Source: Alphaproteobacteria bacterium
GTDB lineage: Bacteria; Pseudomonadota; Alphaproteobacteria; Micavibrionales; Micavibrionaceae
Assembly: GCA_020443295.1 (NCBI GenBank)
Contig: JAGRIJ010000018.1
Span: forward strand, 1,249 to 65,248
Direction of reading: 5' to 3'
DNA length: 64,000 nt
The notes under the pieces: generated by a model
Told to the model about the DNA's origin: nothing
Databases searched by the model: none
Seen by the model: the letters and a program-made list of their open reading frames with translations, nothing else
Translations under genes and position numbers: made by a program
In this document: positions 56,270 through 64,000 of the stretch, piece after piece
How positions within the stretch are numbered: position 1 is the first letter of the stretch
How the letters are laid out: each line of letters opens with the position of its first letter

Positions 56270-57115
56270 ATGGCTGATTATGTCGAGTACTCCACAACCG
56301 GGAAACCTCATCCCTATCATCTCGTCCGTCCGAGCATCTGGCCGTTGATGGGGGCTTTTGCGGGTTTTCTTCTGGCTACCGGCGCTCTTCTTTTCATGCA
56401 TCATTATAAGGAATTCGGGGCGTCCGGCATTTATGTCGGCCTGCTGGCCATCGTGCTGGTCATGTTTTTCTGGTGGCGGGATGTGATTCATGAAGCGGTT
56501 GCAGAAAAAGCGCATACGCCCATTGCCAAAGTCGGGTTCCGTTACGGCATGGCCCTGTTCATCGGATCAGAAGTCATGTTCTTCGTGGCGTTTTTCTGGG
56601 CTTTTTTCAGTTCCGCCTTTTTCCCGACCGAGTTTATCGGCTCAGTCTGGCCGCCGGAGGGAATGCATGTCATCGACCCGTTTGATCTCCCGTTTATGAT
56701 GACCATGATTCTGCTCTTGTCCGGTTGTTCGGTGACGTGGGCTCACCATGCCATTCTGGAGGGCGACAAGAAAGGCGCGGTCATGGGGCTGGGTTTTGCC
56801 GCGTTTTTAGGGTTTTTCTTCATGGGATTTCAGATCTTTGAATATTCTCATGCCCATTTTTCCTTTAACGAGAATATCTATTCTTCGGCTTTCTTCATGG
56901 CAACCGGGTTTCACGGATTCCATGTGATTATCGGCGCGCTTTTTCTTCTGGTGTGCTGGGTTCGCGCGATCAAAGGTCATTTTACCGCGGAAAGCCATTT
57001 CGGGTTCGAAGCGGCAGCGTGGTACTGGCATTTCGTTGACGTCGTCTGGCTGTTCCTGTTTATCGCCATTTACTGGTGGGGTAATACGGTCGGCATGGAT
57101 CTGCGGCCCCATTAA
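56270..57115 (+). CDS. coxC: Cytochrome c oxidase subunit III
   Basis: HPYHLVRPSIWPL, FFWAFF, GFHGFHVIIGALFL and AAWYWHFVDVVWLFLF. Confidence 0.93.
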   Translation: MADYVEYSTTGKPHPYHLVRPSIWPLMGAFAGFLLATGALLFMHHYKEFGASGIYVGLLAIVLVMFFWWRDVIHEAVAEKAHTPIAKVGFRYGMALFIGSEVMFFVAFFWAFFSSAFFPTEFIGSVWPPEGMHVIDPFDLPFMMTMILLLSGCSVTWAHHAILEGDKKGAVMGLGFAAFLGFFFMGFQIFEYSHAHFSFNENIYSSAFFMATGFHGFHVIIGALFLLVCWVRAIKGHFTAESHFGFEAAAWYWHFVDVVWLFLFIAIYWWGNTVGMDLRPH

Positions 57116-57129
57116 GGCCAGGCAAGGGC

Positions 57130-57483
57130 ATGGATACCGAACTTATTCATCTGGCCCTTCGCTGTAAATGCCCCCGCTGTAAAGAAGGCGATCTTTACGA
57201 GGACCGATACAGTCTTACCCTCAAAGGCCGGTGCGATGTTTGCGGGCTTAACCTCGCCGGAAACGACAGTGCGGACGGTCCCGCCGTTTTCCTGATTTTT
57301 GTCCTTGGCTTTCTTCTGGTTCCGCTGGCGCTGATATTCGATGCGCTTTTCGAGCCGCCTCTCTGGGTGCATGCGGTCCTCTGGCTTTTTGTCGCGCTGG
57401 TGCTGACTGTCGGAATGCTTAAGACGATCAAAGCCTATATCATCGCCCTGCAGTTCAAGCACCGTCCCGGAGACTGGTCGTGA
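57130..57483 (+). CDS. DUF983-type zinc-ribbon membrane protein
   Basis: CPRCKEGDLY...CDVCG zinc ribbon followed by two TM helices. It sits in the usual position between coxC and SURF1 in alphaproteobacteria. Confidence 0.8.
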   Translation: MDTELIHLALRCKCPRCKEGDLYEDRYSLTLKGRCDVCGLNLAGNDSADGPAVFLIFVLGFLLVPLALIFDALFEPPLWVHAVLWLFVALVLTVGMLKTIKAYIIALQFKHRPGDWS

Positions 57484-58190
57484 AGTTTCCCGTTTGGGCG
57501 ACGGTTTTTATGGTTGTCTGCGCGGTGTTGTTGTTCCGGCTGGGGTTCTGGCAATTAGAGCGCCATGAGTGGAAAGCTTCGCTGCTGAAGTCCCTGGATG
57601 AAGCGTATGCAATCGATGCCTCCGCGCATCCTCTTCTTCAGATTGGAGCGCGCCCGGAAGATCTGCATGAATACGAACGCGGTTATGTGGAGGGTGAATA
57701 TCTGTTCGATCGAAAAATCCTGCTCGGGCCGCGACTTCATGATAAAGCGCCGGGCTATCATCTTCTTGTTCCCCTTAAGATCGGGGGTATCATCCTGTTC
57801 GTCAATCGCGGATGGGTGCCTGAAGGTTATTCCGCAGAGTCCGATGATTCGATCCGAGTGCGTGTGACCGGGCTTTTGCGGACTCCCGACCGGGCGAATT
57901 TTTCCGTCCCGCTTAATAATCCGGAGAAAAATCTGTGGTTTCGTTACGATCTTGAGGGATTTGCCAAAAGCCGTGGAATAAGTCCCGTCCTTCCCTTTGT
58001 GCTTTATGCCGAGACGGAGAGTTTTCCAGCAGATACACTGAGGGAGTCCCTTTCTCCTCTGCCCCAGCTTTCGCGTCCGCAGCTTAGCAATAATCACCTT
58101 TCCTACGCGTTTTTCTGGTTTACAATGGGCGTGTTGTTAATCTTTTTTTATCTTTTACGATTCCATAATAAAAGTAGCCGCGAATCGTGA
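57480..58190 (+). CDS. SURF1 family cytochrome oxidase biogenesis protein
   Basis: The GTG start overlaps the DUF983 stop (GTGA). LGFWQLERHEWK, YHLLVPL, VNRGWVP, and the C-terminal TM NNHLSYAFFWFTMG. Confidence 0.85.
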   Translation: MKFPVWATVFMVVCAVLLFRLGFWQLERHEWKASLLKSLDEAYAIDASAHPLLQIGARPEDLHEYERGYVEGEYLFDRKILLGPRLHDKAPGYHLLVPLKIGGIILFVNRGWVPEGYSAESDDSIRVRVTGLLRTPDRANFSVPLNNPEKNLWFRYDLEGFAKSRGISPVLPFVLYAETESFPADTLRESLSPLPQLSRPQLSNNHLSYAFFWFTMGVLLIFFYLLRFHNKSSRES

Positions 58191-58309
58191 GCGCTTGTTG
58201 TTCACATCCCTTACGTCCTTTTTCCACAGATCGCGGACCTTCGCACAGGTTGATCTTCCATAAGACTCACAGCGTGTGGATGAAAAGAAAAATTTCGGAA
58301 TTTTCCGTT

Positions 58310-58337
58310 TTGACAGCGCGTTCTGATTTTGTAGACT
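58310..58337 (+). promoter_or_regulatory. Candidate sigma70-type promoter for the IalB-like gene
   Basis: TTGACA (58310-58315), a 16-nt spacer, then TAGACT (58332-58337). It is overlapped by the imperfect inverted repeat CTGATTTTGTA...TACAAAAATTCAG (58323-58350). Confidence 0.3.
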
Positions 58338-58426
58338 TACAAAAATTCAGATGACATGAAGTTTGCCATACGCTTTTGCTTTTTCAGGACAGCAGGTCCT
58401 TAAACAGTATTGAGAGATAATTTACG

Positions 58427-58948
58427 ATGTTGAAAATTACCGGTCGCCCCTCATTGATTTTTCTCATGACTTTGTTAGTGAGTTTCCCGGTATATGCAAA
58501 GACAGTCAAACCCCAGCTGCTCGTTCAGGAAGGCGACTGGAAGGCTTATGTCCTTATCGAAAACGGGCAGAAGGTTTGTTACATGGTGAGCCAGCCCACC
58601 AAGATGGAAGGCAAGTATTCCAGCCGCGGCGACGTTTACGCCCTTGTTACCCACCGGCCTTCGGAAAATACGCGCGATGTTTTCAGCTATATCACAGGCT
58701 ATACGTACAAGGGCGGTTCTTCCGTTTCCCTGAAAATCGACAGCAAGGCGTTCAAGCTTTTCACTCAGGGCGATACGGCATGGGCCGAGGATGCAACAAC
58801 TGACCGGAAGATTGCCGCATCCATCCGTTCCGGTTCTAAGATGACGGTCGAGGGGACTTCTTCCCGGGGGACCCTTACAACGGATACTTTCAGTCTGAAA
58901 GGGTCCGGGGTCGCCTATAAAGCAATATCAAAAGAGTGTGGTCTTTAA
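58427..58948 (+). CDS. Periplasmic IalB-like (invasion-associated locus B family) protein
   Basis: It has a signal peptide. The pattern EGDWKAYVLIENGQKVCYMVSQP...TAWAED...MTVEGTSSRG..TTDTFSLKGSGVAYKAISKECG fits my recollection of the family. Confidence 0.55.
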   Translation: MLKITGRPSLIFLMTLLVSFPVYAKTVKPQLLVQEGDWKAYVLIENGQKVCYMVSQPTKMEGKYSSRGDVYALVTHRPSENTRDVFSYITGYTYKGGSSVSLKIDSKAFKLFTQGDTAWAEDATTDRKIAASIRSGSKMTVEGTSSRGTLTTDTFSLKGSGVAYKAISKECGL

Positions 58949-59153
58949 CCCAGAATTTCGCGGTTGGTTTTCCGAATTAGGAGAATATTCCCGAATATTT
59001 TTAAGTTTTTATGGTAATAAAAACACTTCAGAACTTGGAAAATTGTTAATCTTATGCTAACAGGATTCAAACTTTTCTCGGAATATGCTAAGGTTCAGGG
59101 GATTTATTCCTCTCCCTTTCCTGTTCCGGGAAAATTTTTATTGAGATCGGAGT

Positions 59154-60713
59154 ATGCTTTTGCGGTTGTTTAACACGCTCGTCAAACACATTTCTTTTTA
59201 CCGCCTGTTTCCTGTTCGCCGGAGATACGTCCTTACGAGGACCAACCGCCTGCGTGCGCGTTATGTAACCGCGTGTGTTGCTGTCGTTCTTATTCTTTCC
59301 CTGTGTGTGTCTGCCCTTGTTTCGCCATCGGTGGCTTACGTGGCGCAGGATACCGACCATTCCCCGTCGTCCAGCGCTTCTTCCATGAAAAATGCATCCT
59401 TGTCCGGGTTTGGTCTGGAGAATGTTGCGTCTGCGTTTTTTGATTCATTCAAGGATGCGCAAAATCCTGATGTCAGAACGCTGGCGGATCTGGCGCCTGC
59501 AGGCGGGGAAGGCTCGATAATTGTTCCGCCGACGCCTCCCGTCAAGTCCGCGAAAATCGAGAAAAAAGAAGCCCGTCCGGCCGGTCCGCACGAAGAGGTG
59601 ATCCATATCAGTTCCGGCGAGACCGTTGCAGGGGTTCTGCAGGATGTCGGTCTGAGCGGTGTGGATGCCCTTAATATCGTCAAGGCCATGAGCGAGCATT
59701 TCGATCCCCGTGACGTCAGGGCCGGACAGACGCTCGAAGTCCGGGTCGAGCCGGGACAGGAGGGGCTGGAATTCGAGTCTCTGAAGATGAAAATCGACCC
59801 CATCAAAGAAGTGGTCGTCAGTAAAAAAGCCGAGAATGATTTTCAGGCGAAGATTGTCGAGCGTCCGGTTTACGTTCATGTCGATGCCGTGAATGCCAGC
59901 ATCGATAATTCACTCTACAGCTCTGCCGCGCATGCGGGGATTCCGGCTTCCGTCGTTTCGGAGATGATCCGGATTTATTCCTATCAGGTGGATTTCCAGC
60001 GCGATATCAAGCAGGGCGACAAGTTTGAAATTCTCTATGAAACCTACAAGACCGCGGATGGGGATTTTGCCCGTTACGGGAACATTCTCTATGCCAATCT
60101 GGCTGTGAATGGCCGGAAAATCCCGGTTTACCGTTATGAAACGCCTGACGGTCAGGCGGATTATTACGGTGAAGACGGCATGACGTTTAAGAAGTCCCTG
60201 ATGAGGACCCCGGTGGACGGGGCGCGGATTTCCTCTGGTTTCGGTATGCGGCGCCATCCTATCAGCGGATATACCAAAATGCACAAGGGGATCGATTTCG
60301 CGGTTGCGCTCGGTACCCCTGTCTATGCGGCAGGTGATGGCGTCGTCGAGGTTTCCGGGCGTAAGGGCACCTATGGAAATTATGTGCGTATCCGCCATAC
60401 GAAGGATATGAAGACTGCTTATGCTCACCTTCACAAGATCGCCAAAGGCATTACGCCGGGTCAAAAGGTTAAGCAGGGCCAGGTAATCGGTTATGTCGGA
60501 ACTACCGGGCGTTCAACAGGTCCGCACCTGCATTACGAAGTCATTGTCAATAACCAGCAAGTCAATCCGAACAGCGTCAAGCTGCCGACAGGCCATACGC
60601 TGGCCGGTGCTGAGATGAAGCGCTTTAAAGAGCATGTCTCCTCTGTGAAACAGCAGTACGCTTCCCTCACCGAAGGTCTGAAATATGCACAATACGATCC
60701 GGATCGTGATTGA
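59154..60713 (+). CDS. M23 family metallopeptidase (LytM-type, membrane-anchored)
   Basis: GGAG precedes ATG 59154 and there is a TM anchor. The catalytic motifs are HKGIDFAVALGTPVYAAGDGVV and GRSTGPHLHYEV. Confidence 0.88.
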   Translation: MLLRLFNTLVKHISFYRLFPVRRRYVLTRTNRLRARYVTACVAVVLILSLCVSALVSPSVAYVAQDTDHSPSSSASSMKNASLSGFGLENVASAFFDSFKDAQNPDVRTLADLAPAGGEGSIIVPPTPPVKSAKIEKKEARPAGPHEEVIHISSGETVAGVLQDVGLSGVDALNIVKAMSEHFDPRDVRAGQTLEVRVEPGQEGLEFESLKMKIDPIKEVVVSKKAENDFQAKIVERPVYVHVDAVNASIDNSLYSSAAHAGIPASVVSEMIRIYSYQVDFQRDIKQGDKFEILYETYKTADGDFARYGNILYANLAVNGRKIPVYRYETPDGQADYYGEDGMTFKKSLMRTPVDGARISSGFGMRRHPISGYTKMHKGIDFAVALGTPVYAAGDGVVEVSGRKGTYGNYVRIRHTKDMKTAYAHLHKIAKGITPGQKVKQGQVIGYVGTTGRSTGPHLHYEVIVNNQQVNPNSVKLPTGHTLAGAEMKRFKEHVSSVKQQYASLTEGLKYAQYDPDRD

Positions 60714-60975
60714 ATTCAGATCGGGGCTTTCTGTCTAACCTATTCTTTTCCATACGTTTTCTGAATTTTCAGATTTTGCCGTTTTTTGGCATTGAGCATT
60801 TCTTAACAAGAGTGTAGAGTGCTCTAGTAGTTTATATGTTTGCGGCTTTGCGTTTGTGATTACGTAAAAGGTTCCGCCGAGCTGCAAGCATCAAATCAAT
60901 GTTGGATACAAGCGCCGAGCTGGCGCGTCACTGCTCTTGCAGGGCTGCACGCTTGCGCTCAGGATGGAGATTATA

Positions 60976-63576
60976 ATGACAAAGCGTATGCTTATTGACG
61001 CAACCCATGTGGAAGAAACACGGGTTGTAATCTGCGATGGAAGCAAACTGATCGAATATGATTATGAGAGCAAAAATCGCAAACCCCTTAAAGGCAGTAT
61101 TTTTCTTGCGAAGGTGACCCGTGTCGAGCCCTCTTTGCAGGCGGCCTTTGTGAATTTCGGCGGCAACCGTCACGGGTTTTTGCCGTTTTCTGAAATTCAT
61201 CCCGATTATTTCCGGATTCCGATCGAAGACCGCGAAGCCCTGATGGCTGAGCAAGAAGCCATTTTGAAGGCGCATGACGAACAGGAGAAGCTGGAAGAGG
61301 AGGCTCTCGATCAGCAAGCAACGGAGCAGAGCGTCTCCGAAGGTTCTGCCGAGGAGGATTTTGAAGCCGAGGAACATGAATTGCCGCAGATTGATGAGGT
61401 CGGCGGAATGATGCCGTCAGTCGGCGATGAAGAAGATGAGGATGAACGGACCGCGACTGCCGAAGGGGTTGCTGTTGCCGATGATGATGCCGGGGATGTT
61501 CTTTTGCCTGAACAGGAGGGAGATTCTTTTGCCGGTGCACCGGTTGAGGTGACCGATATTGTCGTTGACGGGGCCGAGGCTGGCATGCCTGAGGGAGAGC
61601 CAGAAAGTACGGAAGCCCGGGATGCTCCTGAGGGAGAACAGCAGGAAGAAGGACGCAGAGGACGGCGGGGCCGCCGTTTTCGCGGAGGCCGCGGGCGCCG
61701 GCGGAGCGCTTACCGCAATCCGAATGTAGAGGTTGTCGGGGGCGAGGATATCGAGGGCGGAGACGCTTCTGCGGCTTTCCGGTTCAACCTGCGGCGCAAA
61801 TACAAGATTCAGGAAGTCATCAAGCGCGGCCAGATCATGCTGATCCAGGTGTCGAAGGAAGAACGCGGCAACAAGGGAGCCGCCGTTACGACCTACCTGT
61901 CTTTGGCCGGGCGGTATTGTGTGTTGATGCCCAACAGTCCGCGCGGCGGCGGTGTGAGCCGCAAGATCGCGAACCAGAAAGACCGTTCGCGGATGCGGGA
62001 TATCATGAAGGATCTTGAAGTTCCGGCGGGAATGTCGGTCATCCTTCGCACGGCGGGCGTTTCCCGCACGAAAGTCGAGATCAAGCGCGATCTTGATTAT
62101 CTCCTGCGGCTCTGGGACACGATCCGCGACCTGACCCTGCAATCGACGGCACCGGCTCTGGTCTATGAAGAGGCGGATCTTATCAAGCGCTCGATCCGCG
62201 ATCTTTACGACCGCGACGTCGAAGAAGTTCTCGTGGCCGGGTCTGAAGGTTTCAAGAATGCGCGGGATTTCATGAAGATGCTGATTCCCTCGCATGTCAA
62301 AAAAGTACAATCCTACGAAGAGGCTCATCTTCCGCTTTTTACGCGTTATCAGGTTGAATCGCAGATCAGCGAGATCGGGCAGAACCAGGTGCGCCTGCGT
62401 TCAGGCGGTTATCTGGTCATCAACCCGACCGAAGCGCTTGTCTCGATCGATGTCAACTCCGGTAAAGCGACGAAGGAGCGGCATATCGAGGAAACGGCGC
62501 TGAATACCAATCTGGAAGCAGCGGATGAAATTGCCCGGCAATTAAAGCTCCGCGATCTGGGCGGTCTGGTCGTGATCGACTTTATCGATATGGAAGACCG
62601 CAGGAATAACGCACGGGTCGAGCGGCGCATGCGCGATGCGCTGTCCAAGGACCGCGCGCGGGTTCAGGTCGGGCGCATTTCCTCTTTCGGGTTAATGGAA
62701 TTATCGCGTCAGCGTCTTAACCCCAGCCTGACCGAGGCGCAGTATGAAACCTGCCATAATTGTAAAGGGGCCGGGCTTGTGCGCACAGAGGATGCCATGT
62801 CGATTGTCGTTCTGCGCGCAATCGAGGAAGAGGGGATCCGCGGGCGTGCGGCGCAGCTGGTGGTGAATATCACTTCGCGGGTCGCGCTTTACATCCTGAA
62901 CTACAAGCGAAGCAATCTTGCGGATATCGAAAAGCGTTACGGGCTTGAGGTTCTGATCCGCGTGGATGATGAGATCGGCGCATCCGAATACCGGATCGAG
63001 GTTTCCAAACCTTCGGAAAAGGCTGGAGCCGTGCGCGGGGCCGAGGCTGAAAGACCGCAAGTTTCTGAGCCTGAACCCGATGAAACGATGGAAGATTTTT
63101 CCGATGCGCAGGACGACGAGGATGAAAATATCGGCAACCGAAAAGGTTCCGAGGACGAGCAGGACGATCATTCCGGAAACAGACGCGATAACCGCGATCA
63201 TCAGCGCGGAAGCGGCGGACAGCGTGACGGCGGTCGTCGTCGCGGCCGTCGCGGGGGCCGTGGACGACGCGACAAGCGCCGTGAGGGCCGCAGTGAATTC
63301 GGCGAGGGCAATCAGCGGGATGGCGGCGGTTCCGAGCGTGGTGAACGTCCTGCGCGAAAGAATGACTCTCCGAAGAATGATCCCCCGGAAGAGCAGAGGG
63401 TTTCCGAGCCTGTGCTTGCCGTTTCCAGCGAGGCTGTCCCGGTTTCCAAGGCCGAACATCCTGCGCCCCGGTCCGAGCGCAAGGACCGCAGTCCCTCTTC
63501 TTCGGCGAGTTACGAAGTTGTGAGCGAGGCGCCCAAGAGCAAGAAAAAGGGCTGGTGGAACCGGTTGATTGAGTGA
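60976..63576 (+). CDS. rne: Ribonuclease E
   Basis: AGGATGGAG precedes ATG 60976. MTKRMLIDATHVEETRVV, the S1 domain GSIFLAKVTRVEPSLQAAFVNFG, and SIDVNSGK. The zinc link is CHNCKGAG. Arg-rich and acidic segments are present. Confidence 0.93.
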   Translation: MTKRMLIDATHVEETRVVICDGSKLIEYDYESKNRKPLKGSIFLAKVTRVEPSLQAAFVNFGGNRHGFLPFSEIHPDYFRIPIEDREALMAEQEAILKAHDEQEKLEEEALDQQATEQSVSEGSAEEDFEAEEHELPQIDEVGGMMPSVGDEEDEDERTATAEGVAVADDDAGDVLLPEQEGDSFAGAPVEVTDIVVDGAEAGMPEGEPESTEARDAPEGEQQEEGRRGRRGRRFRGGRGRRRSAYRNPNVEVVGGEDIEGGDASAAFRFNLRRKYKIQEVIKRGQIMLIQVSKEERGNKGAAVTTYLSLAGRYCVLMPNSPRGGGVSRKIANQKDRSRMRDIMKDLEVPAGMSVILRTAGVSRTKVEIKRDLDYLLRLWDTIRDLTLQSTAPALVYEEADLIKRSIRDLYDRDVEEVLVAGSEGFKNARDFMKMLIPSHVKKVQSYEEAHLPLFTRYQVESQISEIGQNQVRLRSGGYLVINPTEALVSIDVNSGKATKERHIEETALNTNLEAADEIARQLKLRDLGGLVVIDFIDMEDRRNNARVERRMRDALSKDRARVQVGRISSFGLMELSRQRLNPSLTEAQYETCHNCKGAGLVRTEDAMSIVVLRAIEEEGIRGRAAQLVVNITSRVALYILNYKRSNLADIEKRYGLEVLIRVDDEIGASEYRIEVSKPSEKAGAVRGAEAERPQVSEPEPDETMEDFSDAQDDEDENIGNRKGSEDEQDDHSGNRRDNRDHQRGSGGQRDGGRRRGRRGGRGRRDKRREGRSEFGEGNQRDGGGSERGERPARKNDSPKNDPPEEQRVSEPVLAVSSEAVPVSKAEHPAPRSERKDRSPSSSASYEVVSEAPKSKKKGWWNRLIE

Positions 63577-63606
63577 TCTTTCACAGAAAATTCAGAATGT
63601 TATGAG

Positions 63607-63635
63607 AGGCCCGTTAAGAAGCGGGCCTTTTATTT
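63607..63635 (+). terminator. Intrinsic terminator after rne, overlapping the stop of the convergent aminotransferase
   Basis: AGGCCCG (63607-63613) pairs with CGGGCCT (63622-63628) around an 8-nt loop, followed by TTTATTTT. Confidence 0.65.
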
Positions 63636-64000
63636 TCCGGCCTGCCATGTTTTCAGGCGTTCGCAGGCTTCAAGGATGTCCTCGGTCCGGTCTGCGTAAC
63701 AGATACGGATCGTTCCGTGTCCGCGCGCGGCATCAAAGTCCACGCCCGGAGTGGTCGAAACTCTGGCTTCATCGAGCATCCGGCGGCAATAATCTTCACT
63801 GTTGTTGGTCAAGTGGTGGACATCGGCGTAAACATAGAAGGCCCCGTCGGCATTGGAAATGCTGGTAAAGCCGGCTTTTGGAAGTTCACGGAGAAGAATT
63901 CCGCGGTTTTCGCGGTATGTTTCGACATAAGCGTTAAGCGCGTCCAGATGATCGAAGATCTTAAAGGCCAGATGCTGGGATATCGTCGGGGGCGAAACAA
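63630..64000 (-). CDS. PLP-dependent aminotransferase, C-terminal part (5' end beyond the right edge)
   Basis: My own translation of the third minus-strand frame is stop-free from 63998 to TAA at 63630. It reads VSPPTISQHLAFKIFDHL...NADGAFYVYADVHHL...RVSTTPGVDF...GTIRICYA...KTWQAGK*. The track reports only its last 60 aa plus a wrong-frame ORF. Confidence 0.8.
   Translation of the reverse strand, partial: VSPPTISQHLAFKIFDHLDALNAYVETYRENRGILLRELPKAGFTSISNADGAFYVYADVHHLTNNSEDYCRRMLDEARVSTTPGVDFDAARGHGTIRICYADRTEDILEACERLKTWQAGK

Noticed and set aside
61417-63459. 303-aa and 252-aa minus-strand ORFs inside rne
   Set aside because: They are antisense to a clear RNase E and have low-complexity products.
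63809-64000. 63-aa minus-strand ORF at the right edge, and an apparent frame break with 63630-63812
   Set aside because: My re-translation shows that the aminotransferase frame is continuous from 63998 to 63630. The track only started it at an internal Met. The 63809-64000 ORF is an out-of-frame artefact, so there is no pseudogene.

Overview
This 64 kb window looks like a densely packed chromosomal segment of an alphaproteobacterium. That call rests on gene content and order only: dnaN-recF, an aa3-type cytochrome oxidase cluster with ctaB/ctaG/DUF983/SURF1, bifunctional PutA, a roughly 1600-aa NAD-GDH, RNase E and IalB-like genes. I can support about 60 protein genes, one tRNA-Thr(UGU) and a few intrinsic terminators. 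I recognised no rRNA, CRISPR array, transposase, integrase or phage genes. Most of the window is housekeeping: replication and repair, RNA modification, purine, proline and glutamate metabolism, respiration, and envelope redox. The stand-out is at 3.4-9.2 kb. It is a compact minus-strand operon encoding homologues of the Legionella Dot/Icm type-IVB coupling-protein subunits. DotM/IcmP-like and DotL/IcmO-like genes are separated by an unknown 192-aa membrane protein. No other secretion or conjugation gene lies within the 64 kb. The neighbouring Fic-fold gene has a mutated catalytic motif. The DotL homologue ends in a roughly 350-aa Pro/Ala/Thr-rich tail with five EKPA(I/V)FG(G/S) repeats. Secondary points of interest are listed below.
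- A TerD / Ca2+-cation antiporter / TerD operon.
- Two divergent gene pairs whose start codons share a CATG palindrome, and two convergent pairs whose stops share TTAA or CTAG.
- An orphan barstar-like gene.
- Non-canonical insertions in the cox assembly cluster: an unlisted 39-aa membrane ORF, an SDR, a secreted CxxCxxC protein, and a frame-broken small antisense gene pair.
- Two low-GC genes flanking gor.
- An Ala-rich mini-ORF upstream of an aminotransferase operon.
All family assignments come from motif recognition by eye. No database search was run.
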